Source: Bigelowiella natans CCMP2755 (lineage: Eukaryota > Protista > Cercozoa). From it: 41,758 bases of DNA. Positions within the stretch are counted from its first letter, which is position 1. Each line of letters begins with the position of its first letter. Below, one piece after another: positions 20,068-31,700 of this stretch. Made by a program: the position numbers and the translations under genes. Where the stretch lies: NCBI GenBank assembly GCA_000320545.1, contig ADNK01000133.1, forward strand, positions 1-41,758, in the 5' to 3' direction. The notes under the pieces are model-generated. The model was not told the origin of the DNA, made no database searches, and saw only the letters and a list, made by a program, of their open reading frames with translations.

Positions 20068-20352
20068 TTCACAGTCCGAAGAAATCATCCTGCGCACTCT
20101 TCGATTGTGGTCCTCTTCCACCTGCTTCCTGTGTCCAGAATCCAGGTTCTGCAAGATGGTCATGCCTCGTTCCCGCAGAGACGTGTTGTAGATGCGATGC
20201 ATGATGCTCCAAACGCGACCGCCCCATCCCAAGGGCATTGATGGGCAAGGAAGACGAAAATGAAGCACCGGTAGTTGGTCCGGAGATTTAAGAACATTGT
20301 TAGCCAAAAATTGTGTCGCAGGAACAAAAAATCCCCATAAATGTAGAAAACC

Positions 20353-20358
20353 AAAAAA
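20353..20358 (-). terminator. Pol III terminator (T6) of tRNA-Asp
   Basis: T6 run on the minus strand, 8 nt downstream of the tRNA 3' end. Confidence 0.75.
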
Positions 20359-20366
20359 TGAAGGTT

Positions 20367-20438
20367 CTCCGCGTCGGAGAATCGAACTCCGATCTCCTGC
20401 GTGACAGGCAGGAATACTAACCATTGTACTAACGCGGA
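20367..20438 (-). tRNA. trnD-GTC: tRNA-Asp (anticodon GTC)
   Basis: TCCGCGT TA GTAC AATGGTTA GTAT T CCTGC CTGTCAC GCAGG AGAT CGGAG TTCGATT CTCCG ACGCGGA G folds into a full 72-nt cloverleaf with no encoded CCA. Confidence 0.97.
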
Positions 20439-20700
20439 CAGGTTTTTGATGGAGACACGTAAATGTAAATCTAACTAACATCTATATTCTGACAGATAAA
20501 TGCCAGCATTCTCAAAATTTATTGGCAATTTTTCATTTTCAACACTAACACGGATCTTCTTCGACGTTACAGTGAAAGCTTATTCCATGATTCCCAGGCG
20601 TTTCAGCAAGTGACACGGATTTTTCTCATTTTATTAATTTTCATCTGTACTACCCAGCAGCAATCATTACGCTGCCCCCTCCAAACATCAGAACCTCGCA

Positions 20701-21086
20701 ATGTCGTCGAGTGGTAATGTTCCGCCTCGTTTTGAGTTCTGCCAGACAGACATAGTATCGAAATCGCCACCTGGATTTCCAGCCAAGCCACCTCTTTCAG
20801 AAACGACCAGAGAATCTACTGCTGAGAAAAAACTGCGGGAGAACGCTCTTAAAAGAGCATCGTCTGGTATCAGAGCTGTTGTGTTTGCAGAGCGAGCGTT
20901 AAGTTCACCCTCTCGGTATAATTGGTGTTCTTACAGGCAACCAAAGAAAAGGAATTTCTGATATGCCAACAGGCAAGGTGGAGTTTACGACCGAGAAACT
21001 TCTCGACGGAGTGAACGGAGCCCAAAAGATTCGTGATTCCAAGAACCAAGCCTATGTTTTCAAGTGATGTTAAAGATATATATATT

Positions 21087-21140
<54 letters not shown>

Positions 21141-21685
21141 ATTTGATTATTTTCACTTACGTGATACAAAGAGCGATCGATAATGAGCAGAAAGACTCGG
21201 ACGGAAAATCAGAACTCGCTCCCATGAGAGAGGGATTAGAGTTTGGGCAGACTGTCCGGAACGAGGTCGGAGTTTTTCTCCTGCATAAGGTTCAGAATTT
21301 TGAAAAACGAACACCAGATAACTCGTCGGAATGTCACTAATACGGAAATAAAAAGGCACTCTTGCATACATGCTCAGAACTTTGTCCCGAAAACGGAAAT
21401 TGTTATTGGAAAAGAGAAGGGTGCGGCATCGCAGGGCAAAATCGGCACGATACAGAAGTTTATAGAAAATGACGGGCCAGCTGATGACTATGGTTTCATT
21501 ATTTTTGCATAATTTCTAAGAGTGGGTAAGAGTAAACGATTCCTTATCTCTGCTACATAGGGGAAGCCAAATTTTCTGTGGAAAGTGTCCATCAGCTGGG
21601 GTGGGTGCTAACTTTCACATCATTCCTCCCTTAAATAATACAATATCATGAACATAGAGCATGAGGCACTCGTGTATATTCCTAA

Positions 21686-21727
<42 letters not shown>

Positions 21728-22951
21728 AATCAGGATTTTGGATATTCGCGTCTGTAACCTTGATCGGCATTTTGGAAATATCCTGGTGAAGAAGACTCTC
21801 GGAGAGAGCGAATATCAATTGATTCCAATTGATCATGGTTACTCATTTCCGGACTTCCGAAAGGTCCAGAGTTTTTGTAAATCTTGTAGACACACACTAA
21901 GCGGATTTACCCCCTAGTTGAAGGACGTTTGCTTTGAATGGATCAACTGGAAGGCAGCTCAGAAACCATTCTCAGAAAGTACTCGGAAATACATAGCTTC
22001 CCTGGATGCTATCGAGGACGCGACGACTGTGAAAAAGGAGGCACAGCTGAGTCAGCCGTCCGTGATAACGCTAATCCTCTCCACATATCTACTTCAGGTG
22101 TTCTTTTCTAATACTTACAAAATAAATCTTTCCCAAGAATATGATTTTGATCGGCCTTTTATATCAGTATTGTTCTAAATGTGGACTTACGCTTCAAGAA
22201 ATTGCCACACTCGTGCAGAGATACCGCACACGCTACGACGCAGATAAGAACGATTCGCCTTCTTGCTTAGAACGATTGATTGCTTCATCGCAAGAGCAAT
22301 TTAGACCAGGAAGAAACAACGATGAAAATCAGGAGCAACCGGGGACAAATCCGGAAGACCTGCGGTGGAATAGGAACTTGATGGAGCTTCTCAAAACTTA
22401 CAAGAATCAACTCTCGACGAAGCTCTCGAACATTGTACTCGAGGTTCTGATGGAGGTAGATGTTTCGCCCCCCCCCCCCTCCCTTCACCTCTCGCTCATT
22501 TTTTCATCTTCAAGATTATGACTATCTTTGCAATTCAGCATCAAGGAGATGTTGAAAATATTCAGCCAACTCTGACTTACACATTAGATGTTGTAATTAC
22601 GTGCGTGAATGTATGCACGCAAAACACTTGTCCTAACTGCATAACCGATATGCTACAATCCAGTACTGTGCTACGAGGAAGCTTACCCTTGACGCGGTTG
22701 CTCTCGGATATCCTCATCCGATTGAAAGTTCACAGAAGAAGAAGCTCGAAACAACACTGGCTTTAGTGCGCGACTGCAGTTGTGTGACAACTTTACATAG
22801 TTATAGGAAACATCTCAAAGATTTCCCCCCTCCAAAAGTTGAAAATAAGGCAAAGGAAGGCGAACCACCGCGCGGAGAAATTGGAGGGTTCATGAGCAGA
22901 TTAAAATTGCTCCTGAGCATACACACAAAACTAACCCTAGCCCAAAAGTAG
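20701..22951 (+). CDS. Phosphatidylinositol 4-kinase type II / PI4K-gamma-like, multi-exon
   Basis: Exons encode GVNGAQKI...YVFK, NEVGVFLL, FVPKT, KIGTIQKFIEN, ILDIRVCNLDRHFGNILV, LIPIDHGYSFP, FEWINWKAAQKPFS and GLTLQEIA. The 3' exon structure is approximate. Confidence 0.88.
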
Positions 22952-24596
22952 ATTCTTTGTTTGAGCGATTCCATCAGGATGATATTCCCACAAAGATGGC
23001 AACAGAGATGTACTCATACTTTTGGAGAGACATACTTCGTTATATATCAGACCTGTAAAACAATGAAGCATGCGAGAAGAAACAACTAAACACGCTTGCG
23101 TTTACACAGATGCTATCAATAGACTAGCAGCCGACGCTAGCTACATCATTTAGATGGGTTACCCATGAGACGGATACAACGAACACATCCAATTTTTTCA
23201 TTTGTCATCCCAATGTAGCTGTGCAAAACTGTTACCTATACCTTCATAAACATCAGTTTTGCAGCTGCTGGAGAAGAGTTGTGTGGGACCCACAGGGTCC
23301 CATGTGTGTGTGTGGGTCTGTATAGACATGTGAGACGGATGTAATGAAACGTTTAAATTTTTTCAATTTATATAAATTGTCATCCTAATGTATCTGTGCA
23401 ATGCAGCGCGACATGTGCATCGACCAGTCTTCACATGTGCCTCCAAGCTCATGTGCACCACAAATCAGCGTGCACCACAAATCAGCGTGCACATGAACAC
23501 ACCACACATGCAACATGCTAGCATGCATGCCTGACAAAGCGCGCATCAGACCCTGCTAGCCTGCAATGTATAAATGATGCGAACATTGATAATCAAAATT
23601 TGTGGTGCTGCGTTGCACAACGTACTGCGTGCGAATTGCATGCACTGCAGCAACACATGACAATTGTCAGCACACGTGTCGTGACTTGTTTGGCACATGT
23701 GTGGATGTAAACAACAGCGTAGCAAGAACACACATGCCTTTCTCATATATACTCACATTCACAAAAAATAGCACACGTGTTTTGCGCGTGCGTGCGTGTG
23801 CGTGCACCACACATGGGAACTATCATATAGCTATTTGCGGCGGAGTCTATAAGTCCTATGCAATTGCGGCCATGTTGCAAGGCGCATGTGGCTGCTAGCT
23901 GTGCAAGTGCATGTGTGCTGTTCAGTGCGTGTGTCTAGCTGTTATTGTGCAAGTGAGCTACATCAGTGAGTTGCAACAAAAACAAATTTCGACAACGCAT
24001 GATCAAAATTTGCTCTGCCCCTTCATGAATTAGCATTTTCGCTTCTTGCGCATCACTAACAAGGTCAAAGTGGTGCGTTTGAAGTGTCAAGGGACAAACA
24101 CTACATCACTACAAGAAAAACGCTACGCTTTAGTCTTGTGAGCGGACATGCTTTCGCATCTACGTATAGCCGCAGATTTGCACAGTTACATCATTATTAG
24201 GATGGCAATTGAGTAATTTTCTATTTAATGTGCTCATGCAGTACATACCCGTCACATATTGATGCGTATCTAATAGATATCGTTTCGATGTGCTACACAG
24301 TATATGAATAGTATTGGAAATCTTGTAATATCTACTATTAGCACGCCGCAACCTCATTCCTTATATGAATCATCATCTCGACATGGTACGATAAATCACG
24401 CTCCCTACACTACTACTCGCGACTGATCAAGCGGTACAATTTCCTTCATGTGCTCATTTGCATCATTGCAGCACACTGCACTCACGAGCCATAGCTGCAA
24501 CGAACGACGCCCAGTGATACATCCAGATCGGAGGCTAGCAGTATACATCGCCATTGGGATGTTCGGTCCACCCTGGAGCTGTTGGTGTATGACACC

Positions 24597-24976
24597 TTAG
24601 GAAGAAAACGGAGTGGTTGTCGTTCCTGCTACTGGCGCTCTTCCGAGCATATCTTGTGACATCATCGCCTGGACAAGGCTCATAGTCTCATACATCTTCC
24701 AGGAGCACACATCAATGCACTTGAGAGCTCTGGGCTCAGTCTGAACGAATTAATCATTGCCGTGTTCGTAACTATCATTAACAAAATTTGATATCTGTTT
24801 GATATATTCGAAACGTCGACCTTGTTTGTTCCGAAATTTGCGAGACATTTCCGGGCACATCCTTCCTCAAGTGACTGGCGACGGTAATTCATCAGAGCTA
24901 GCAAATTAAGAATCAATTAGTATTCACCTTGTACGTTCTTCGCTGTTGCCAGTTGTATTTTTTCCAATCCCCCCAT
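24597..24976 (-). CDS. Small Tim (Tim8/9/10/13 family) twin CX3C mitochondrial intermembrane-space chaperone
   Basis: Exons 24976-24928, 24897-24821 and 24740-24597 splice in phase to MGGLEKIQLATAKNVQALMNYRRQSLEEG-CARKC-LANFGTNKTEPRALK-CIDVC-SWKMYETMSLVQAMM.... An additional upstream exon near 25233-25263 is possible. Confidence 0.7.
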
Positions 24977-25655
24977 GTGATACCAGAGTTGCCCATCTGC
25001 CTCCGATCCTTATTAAGCTCCTCCTCCTCCTACATCATACGTGTGTCTATTCTTTCTGTCTATTTGTCCAGATGTGTATATGAATAATACCCGGCATCAT
25101 GCTACGGTATGCATACATATGGCTAACTAAGGCTTTTGCGTACAATGCAAATGCTATTCAATGTAAACGCTATCGTATGTGCGGCAAGCGTACGTACCAA
25201 CTGGCTGACATGAAAGAGGTGCTGACCACATACCTGCTTCATCTCCCCCTTTGCATCAGCCATTGTACCGGCCCCAGCTCTGGTTCGGGGTTTGCGCTAC
25301 TCTAGTCGAAGAGCAGCAGACAGATAGGCAGCCGGAGTCTCCTTCTGCTTCTTCTCTTCCTCCTTGCTCACACGTATGAGTAGTCGCAGTATGAGTGGGT
25401 GGCTTACGGGGTGCACCGAAGTCTCCGACCTCGAGTGAGAATATGAGTGGTTTTTGTCGTAAGACTTCAATTTTGGCAAGTCGCAGAGATAAAAAGTCAA
25501 GTTTTACGTTGTCGCAGTTGTATGATGGCATCTTGTATCATGCCTTTTAGATCTAACACCTGAAAGTCATCATGGTTGACAACCCATACTCATAACCCCA
25601 AAACGCGAAACAAAGAGCACAGAGCAAGCACAGTGGCAGGGAATACGAGAGGGGG

Positions 25656-25727
<72 letters not shown>

Positions 25728-25739
25728 GAGAGAGGAGCA

Positions 25740-26636
25740 ATGGAAAGAAAGCTCTCAGACAGCAGTCGTACGAAGAGGAAAAGGACGGCGGCGGCTTCAA
25801 AAATGTCACCCAACGTTGACACTGGTTCGCAAGAAGATCTGATTCTCGAGATGAAAAAGTTGAGAAGCGAGAACCACTCTCTTAGAGACTGGAATCAAGA
25901 ACTCATCACACAGAACAAAACCTTAGTAGCCCAGAATCGTAATCTTAAAGAAGAGAATCAAGTTCTCGAAAACAACAAGAGAGAGCTTAAAGCCGAGATT
26001 GACTTGCTGATGACCAAGAAGGATAAATTGACAGAGGGGCAGAAGGAAGAGAAGGGAAAAGGCCACAGCAGAAGTACGAAGACTGTGGAAGCTGCAGATG
26101 CTGCAGAATCCCAGATGTTTTACGATGAAGATGACTACTTTGATGAAGCTGTTGCTACAAAACAGCATCAGCGGTCGCCATCGCTAGTGGAAGATAGTCC
26201 CACGCCAGAGGACCACTTAAAAAATTCTCTGTTTAAGAGTGAGGATTTTGCGGAGAAAACCTATGAGGAGCTAAAACGAGACTTTGAACTCCGATTACGC
26301 GCTCCTCTTAAAGATGTCCAGTTTGGGAAAGGAGACGACATGTATCTGGATAGAACACTAACAGCTGATGATTATGACTTTGAATGGCCTCTGCGAACTC
26401 AAATCAAACCCGGACAATGCAACTCTTACTTCAACAGGCTTAAAACTGTAAAATTTGATATATATTGTGCAAAAGATAATGAAACGTTCGGCAAGGCTTG
26501 CTCTCGCTTGGGGAAAGACCCTGCATTTGCTTTTAAGCTGACGAAATTTCTGAATCCACATGCTTCAGAAATGGAAACCCCCCTCTGGCGATTCAAAAGT
26601 CGATTTTTAGCTGTCCTTTCTTTCGAGCGAATATAA
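25740..26636 (+). CDS. Uncharacterised protein with N-terminal coiled coil and possible degenerate LysM-like C-terminus
   Basis: 298-aa uninterrupted ORF with heptad pattern LRSENHSLRDWNQELITQNKTLVAQNRNLKEENQVLENNKRELKAEI and C-terminal YCAKDNETFGKACSRLGKD...LNP. Confidence 0.6.
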   Translation: MERKLSDSSRTKRKRTAAASKMSPNVDTGSQEDLILEMKKLRSENHSLRDWNQELITQNKTLVAQNRNLKEENQVLENNKRELKAEIDLLMTKKDKLTEGQKEEKGKGHSRSTKTVEAADAAESQMFYDEDDYFDEAVATKQHQRSPSLVEDSPTPEDHLKNSLFKSEDFAEKTYEELKRDFELRLRAPLKDVQFGKGDDMYLDRTLTADDYDFEWPLRTQIKPGQCNSYFNRLKTVKFDIYCAKDNETFGKACSRLGKDPAFAFKLTKFLNPHASEMETPLWRFKSRFLAVLSFERI

Positions 26637-27582
26637 CTCAATAATCTTATTGAAAAAGAGGAACATCGCAATGATCTGATTACAATGAAAGGAATTGATA
26701 CTGTCTACAAAAAAGAATTCCAGAAGCAGCAGCCATAATACAATACCAGAAATTATAGAATTACTGTTATAGTGTGCTGTTCTGTTCATTATGTCGACTA
26801 ATTCTGATACTATGTATGACATATTTGCTAGGGCAACATGCAGCATGCACTACTCCAGCTAATTATTCTGCCTCCATTTATACATTGTTACTGTCTATAT
26901 GCACATATTTAGCGGCGGCGTTGCGCGCTCATACAGCGCGACGGCTCTGCACACGTGCATATCTGCCTCTAACGTAGCTGGCACAGACGCTGCCCGAGTC
27001 TGTCAACAGACTGCACTAGCTAGCTCTTCATGGCGGCTGATAGGCGAATGATCTCATGTTGAGCCGAAAAAAGATGATGATGCATGGTCGCGCTGTATTC
27101 CGTAACGTAGGCTGCTAGAACGTAACAGCATACTGCACATGCCGTACACGTGCACTAGCTAGATAGCCTTGCGACCAATGCTAGTGTGCTTGCCAAGCAT
27201 TGCTAGAGCGCATGTAGTTTCGCAAATAAATGATGGCGTGCTAGCGTGTCAATTACTGGCTAGCTTGCATGGCGTTTGCCCAGACTAGCTGCATGCAACT
27301 TTTCATACGCAAACACGTGTGATGCATGCCAATTATCAAATTATATGTAGTACGACCGATCCGTAGGTTTCAAATCTACCGCACGTTTGTACTTGCGCTT
27401 GCGCTACAGTATTTGATCAAGTACATGCTAAGCTCGGTGGCATCAATACACTAATACGTGATTTAGATTAATTTTACAAATCTCATTCAGCAATTCTAGA
27501 AGTCATACATAGCAAAATTAGCAGAGAGCACAAGTTGATCTCCAGCCACGACTAAAACCTAACCGGAGTGAAATACTATAAA

Positions 27583-27659
<77 letters not shown>

Positions 27660-27769
27660 ATAAGTATACATAATATAGCGTGTGAAATTTCATGCCTAGA
27701 CCGGGCAACCAAATAGCAACACTGGCGATATTTCTAGATTTATCCGCTGCATCGTCAATGCATCATGCC

Positions 27770-28129
27770 GCTGAGATTACTACCCTAGGCACTAACCGTG
27801 CCTCCACGCATTCAATATCCGCCTTGCTGCAAGGAATACGCGAACCTATGCACCTGTCAATCAATTTTGAGTGGCATGAAGAAAGGTACCATATCCATCG
27901 AGATAATTCAATGTCCAGGTGGTGATAATTTCATTTTGGAATCAAGGAAAGAGATTCGAAGATGTTAGGTTAGAATAGGGGCCAAGCTTGACCTCATTTG
28001 CTAACTTCGTGCGATCCACTTTCTTACCTATTCCCGCCTACAAAAGTGAAAAAGTGAAACTGAATTTGAATTCGATGTTAAACATACCTTAGATGTTTGT
28101 GTGTGTGTGTGTGTGTGTGTGTGCAGGGA

Positions 28130-28170
<41 letters not shown>

Positions 28171-28918
28171 GGATCAAAATTTCATCATCTTAATCATCAT
28201 CATATCATCCTAGTAATTGTGCCCTTCTCTTCCTCACCAGGAAGACTTTTTTTAGCTTGATCACGGCTAAGCACAATTTGTCGGCTGGGGTAGAAACAAT
28301 GCAGAAATTCTGTTTGTGAGTGTTTGCACAAACTTACGTTTACACACATCAAGTGGTATAATTCGTGATATCTTCACATCATATTGCACGTATGCAAACT
28401 ATTGGCTTGTTGTGCATTACGAAGATTCGCCAAAGTGTACTTGTATGCAATGAAAAAGTAAATTAATCAATAATCGTGTTTGCTTGAGATACGCATGGTA
28501 TGTGGGCGTTAAACATGCTGTCTGCATATTCATTATCTATGACAATTGTTATATGCTGGATATCTCCATCTGCTTCTCTATCGAAGGATTTCAACCGACG
28601 AATACCCAAAAAGTCGAAAGAGAAATAACGACACTACTTTCGCTGCTGCTGCGACAACAAACACTGCTTTCTAGGAACATTCAGTGAAAGCAGCCCATTC
28701 TTCATTTTCGTATGTAGTTAGATATCTACTCTTGTGCGAGGGTGATATATGAAACTTGGCTGCTGATTGTATGCTGCTGCGTCATTATTACCTTCGCCTA
28801 GCAGCACGGGGGAACCCTCAGAGGCACTTTCAAAAGCACCAAAAGCCACTCCTGCATCGGAACAACACGTCATCTCACAGAGGGGGGGAAGAGAGTGGAA
28901 AAACGAGAATAGAGGCAG

Positions 28919-28963
<45 letters not shown>

Positions 28964-29019
28964 TGTTTCCGTCCTCCTGATTATTCTCACTCCTCAATTT
29001 CTCTGTAACCCCGTCCGTC

Positions 29020-29062
<43 letters not shown>

Positions 29063-29106
29063 GCCAATGCTGCATTTCGAGTTCAAGCTCCCGGTTGATA
29101 ACCTGC

Positions 29107-29144
<38 letters not shown>

Positions 29145-29740
29145 AGTCCCTGACAGCAACTGTCATCATTCCTTCTCCCTGCCACTCATCCTCTCCATTC
29201 CAACCCTTATTACTGCATTTTTTTTTATGAATGCGGCAAACACTAGCTTAATGATAGCAGCAGCAGCAGCAGAAGCAGCTCCAATCCACAAAATCGCAAT
29301 GAAAAACCGAATGAAGGAGAGGAAATGTGACGAGTGAATGACGGTGAATGGTGGATAATGTTGTATATGCTTATTTTTGAAGGGGGCGTGAAGGGAAAGG
29401 GGAGACTGAGTTACGATTTCAATTCGTTTGCATCGGTATTCCAATCGCCTACATCATATAATTTAAAACATGACTCATAATAAGCATGTGATGATTGCGA
29501 GAAAAGAAGCTTTAGACTTCATGAGCTCGCGACAAACTCGCAGTAAGATATGAACAGCACCGAGCATAATCTGTGACTTTACGATGCCATTAATTATTAT
29601 CATCATCACCACCACCACCACCACCACCATACGAATGGCGACGAGATATTCATAGAAGAAAGAGGATAAGGGAGAAGAAGAGTACAACATGCCTTTTGTC
29701 CCCCAAGCTTGCTTTCCGTCAATACTTCCAATCACCTAGT
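27770..29740 (-). CDS. Probable series of short exons of unknown product (may continue the EF-hand gene)
   Basis: Short AG-GT/GC bounded non-repetitive segments between microsatellite introns, e.g. ~29735-29693 (VIGSIDGKQAWGTK), ~29103-29062, ~28853-28792 and ~28285-28238. I could not fix one consistent frame. Confidence 0.3.
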
Positions 29741-29816
29741 AGTCAGTCAGAAAATTGCAGGGTTATGCTTTTGCCCTTGCCTGGTTATTGCATCACATGT
29801 GGCATCCGAATACACA

Positions 29817-29891
<75 letters not shown>

Positions 29892-29923
29892 TCTCGCTCA
29901 TCCCTTCCTCGTATAATACCGCT

Positions 29924-30613
29924 TTAGAGGCGTGTGGGAAAGAACAGTACTGCGCCCAGTAGTTCTGGTGAACATTGGTTGCGGATTCTGCCTTCTCCGT
30001 CTCTGCGCTTGCAAGCGGCGGTAGCACTCGAACCTGATGACGAGTAGTGCATCATGGGTGGGGGAGGACGAATATCATAGCCACGCATGCTAAAAATGAT
30101 ACGATATGCACACAAAAGCGAATATTGTCCACTGAAGAACAAACATCATGGGTAATCATTAGCAGTTGAAAAACACGATGCTCCTGCTATCATCCGTTGG
30201 ACACGACACGCTCCTGCACACCCAGTTTGTGATGGTGCCGATGGCGTCAAGCCATTGGACATATTCCGAGAATTGGATAGAGCCGTTTTTATCCTGTAAC
30301 AGAAGATCAGGGAAAGGTTAGAAAGAGATCAGGAGGAAGAAGAGGAGGAGGAGGAGGAGGAGGAGAAGGAGGACGAGGACAACGAACATTAACTCACCTT
30401 GTCCAGAGATCCAAGAACGTCATCCTTTGAATCTGTTGTCAGTTTGCTCTCCACCTGAATATACATGAGGAGTTAGCTTGGCCTAGGCTAGATCTTTTTA
30501 ACTAAAAAAGGAACAAAAACATAGCGGTGATTGTATCATCTAAGCCTTTTCATTGGAGATCGTTTGAATGCTGAGAACGTAGCTACAATGCAATGTGAAA
30601 CACGCACACCACA

Positions 30614-30706
<93 letters not shown>

Positions 30707-31700
30707 GTAGTCATTACCAGATTGGCATAGAAAGCATCGAACTCTGAACAAAATATGCAAAGCAGCAGATAGATAGGAGATACGTATGCAAAATAGAGAG
30801 GGAAAAAGAGAGAACCAATTCTTATGTATGAAGTCTAAGTAAAGTACTGAGATGCACGAACACTGGTATGTTGTGAATATATGCTACACATGTTCAACTA
30901 CACAAGACACCACCTTTTGCTTCAATTGAGCCAGAGGAGTCAGAATCAAATTCTGTAAAGCATTTCATATAGAAATACGAATCAACTCATAATGGAGGAA
31001 GTTATGTTCCATCGCGCAGTTGATATTACTGTGGAACGTGGTGGCGGCCGATTTCCGTACTTTAAGTTCCTCTTCATCAAGCTTCACCTCTTTCCATCTG
31101 TCCTGCCCTGTACGATATATACCACATCAATCGATCAAATGAGTAGTAGATGGATGATTATTACATTGTTATACGAAGGATGGTGCATGTGGTACCTCCT
31201 AATTTCCACCATTTCACAAACTCGTCTTTCTGAAGATCACGAGGGCGAATCAGAAGGATGTAAATAAGCATTGGATAGGTACATGCAAAGCTGCTGTACC
31301 ACCTACAAAAATTTACCTTGATCTCCCCCGAGCCACTGGAATTTATTACCTTCACTGCGATTTCTACCTCCTCATCCGTCACACAATGATCAAGCTCATA
31401 GCACATCATCTGGAACTCCTGTATGCAATTTACACCAGCTGTGAGTTTTTACTGACCTCATTGCTCCTTCTCTGATGTGCCACCGAATCATTGTTATTCA
31501 CCACCTCTGAGGAAATAGAACCATTGCCATCCGCATCGTATTTGTCGAAGACTCCTTCAGCCACGGTCCCCCTCCTGATCATCATTGAAGCGAGTATCTC
31601 CTTCCCTGAGCGGTGGTGCTCGAATACCTTCAAAATAGGCGTGATTTTCTTTCTGCGACATTGGATTTACTCCTACTTTCTAGAGTTTTCCCCTTCAACC
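29924..31700 (-). CDS. EF-hand calcium-binding protein (calmodulin-like), multi-exon
   Basis: Exons give VFDKYDADGNGSISSE/EFQMMCYELDHCVTDEEVEIAVKVINSSGSGEIK/DEFVKWW and VLGSLDK/DKNGSIQFSEYVQWL. Both ends are uncertain. Confidence 0.75.

Larger units (their letters stand above)
14125..20240 (-). pseudogene. Decayed non-LTR (LINE-like) ORF2 C-terminal fragment, split by the LTR retrotransposon
   Basis: 14125-14537 translates to HLDQWQDNAGTLLKFKARTG...CCLCCSGAVEDLHHLLPHC, resembling the C-x2-C...E(D/T)xxH...C zinc-knuckle region of LINE ORF2. Sequence of the same composition resumes at 20068 after the TSD. The fragment is frameshifted. Confidence 0.6.

Noticed and set aside
23283-23302. Hairpin TGGGACCC-aca-GGGTCCCA as a possible Helitron 3' end
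   Set aside because: No CTRR terminus at the expected distance and no other Helitron evidence.
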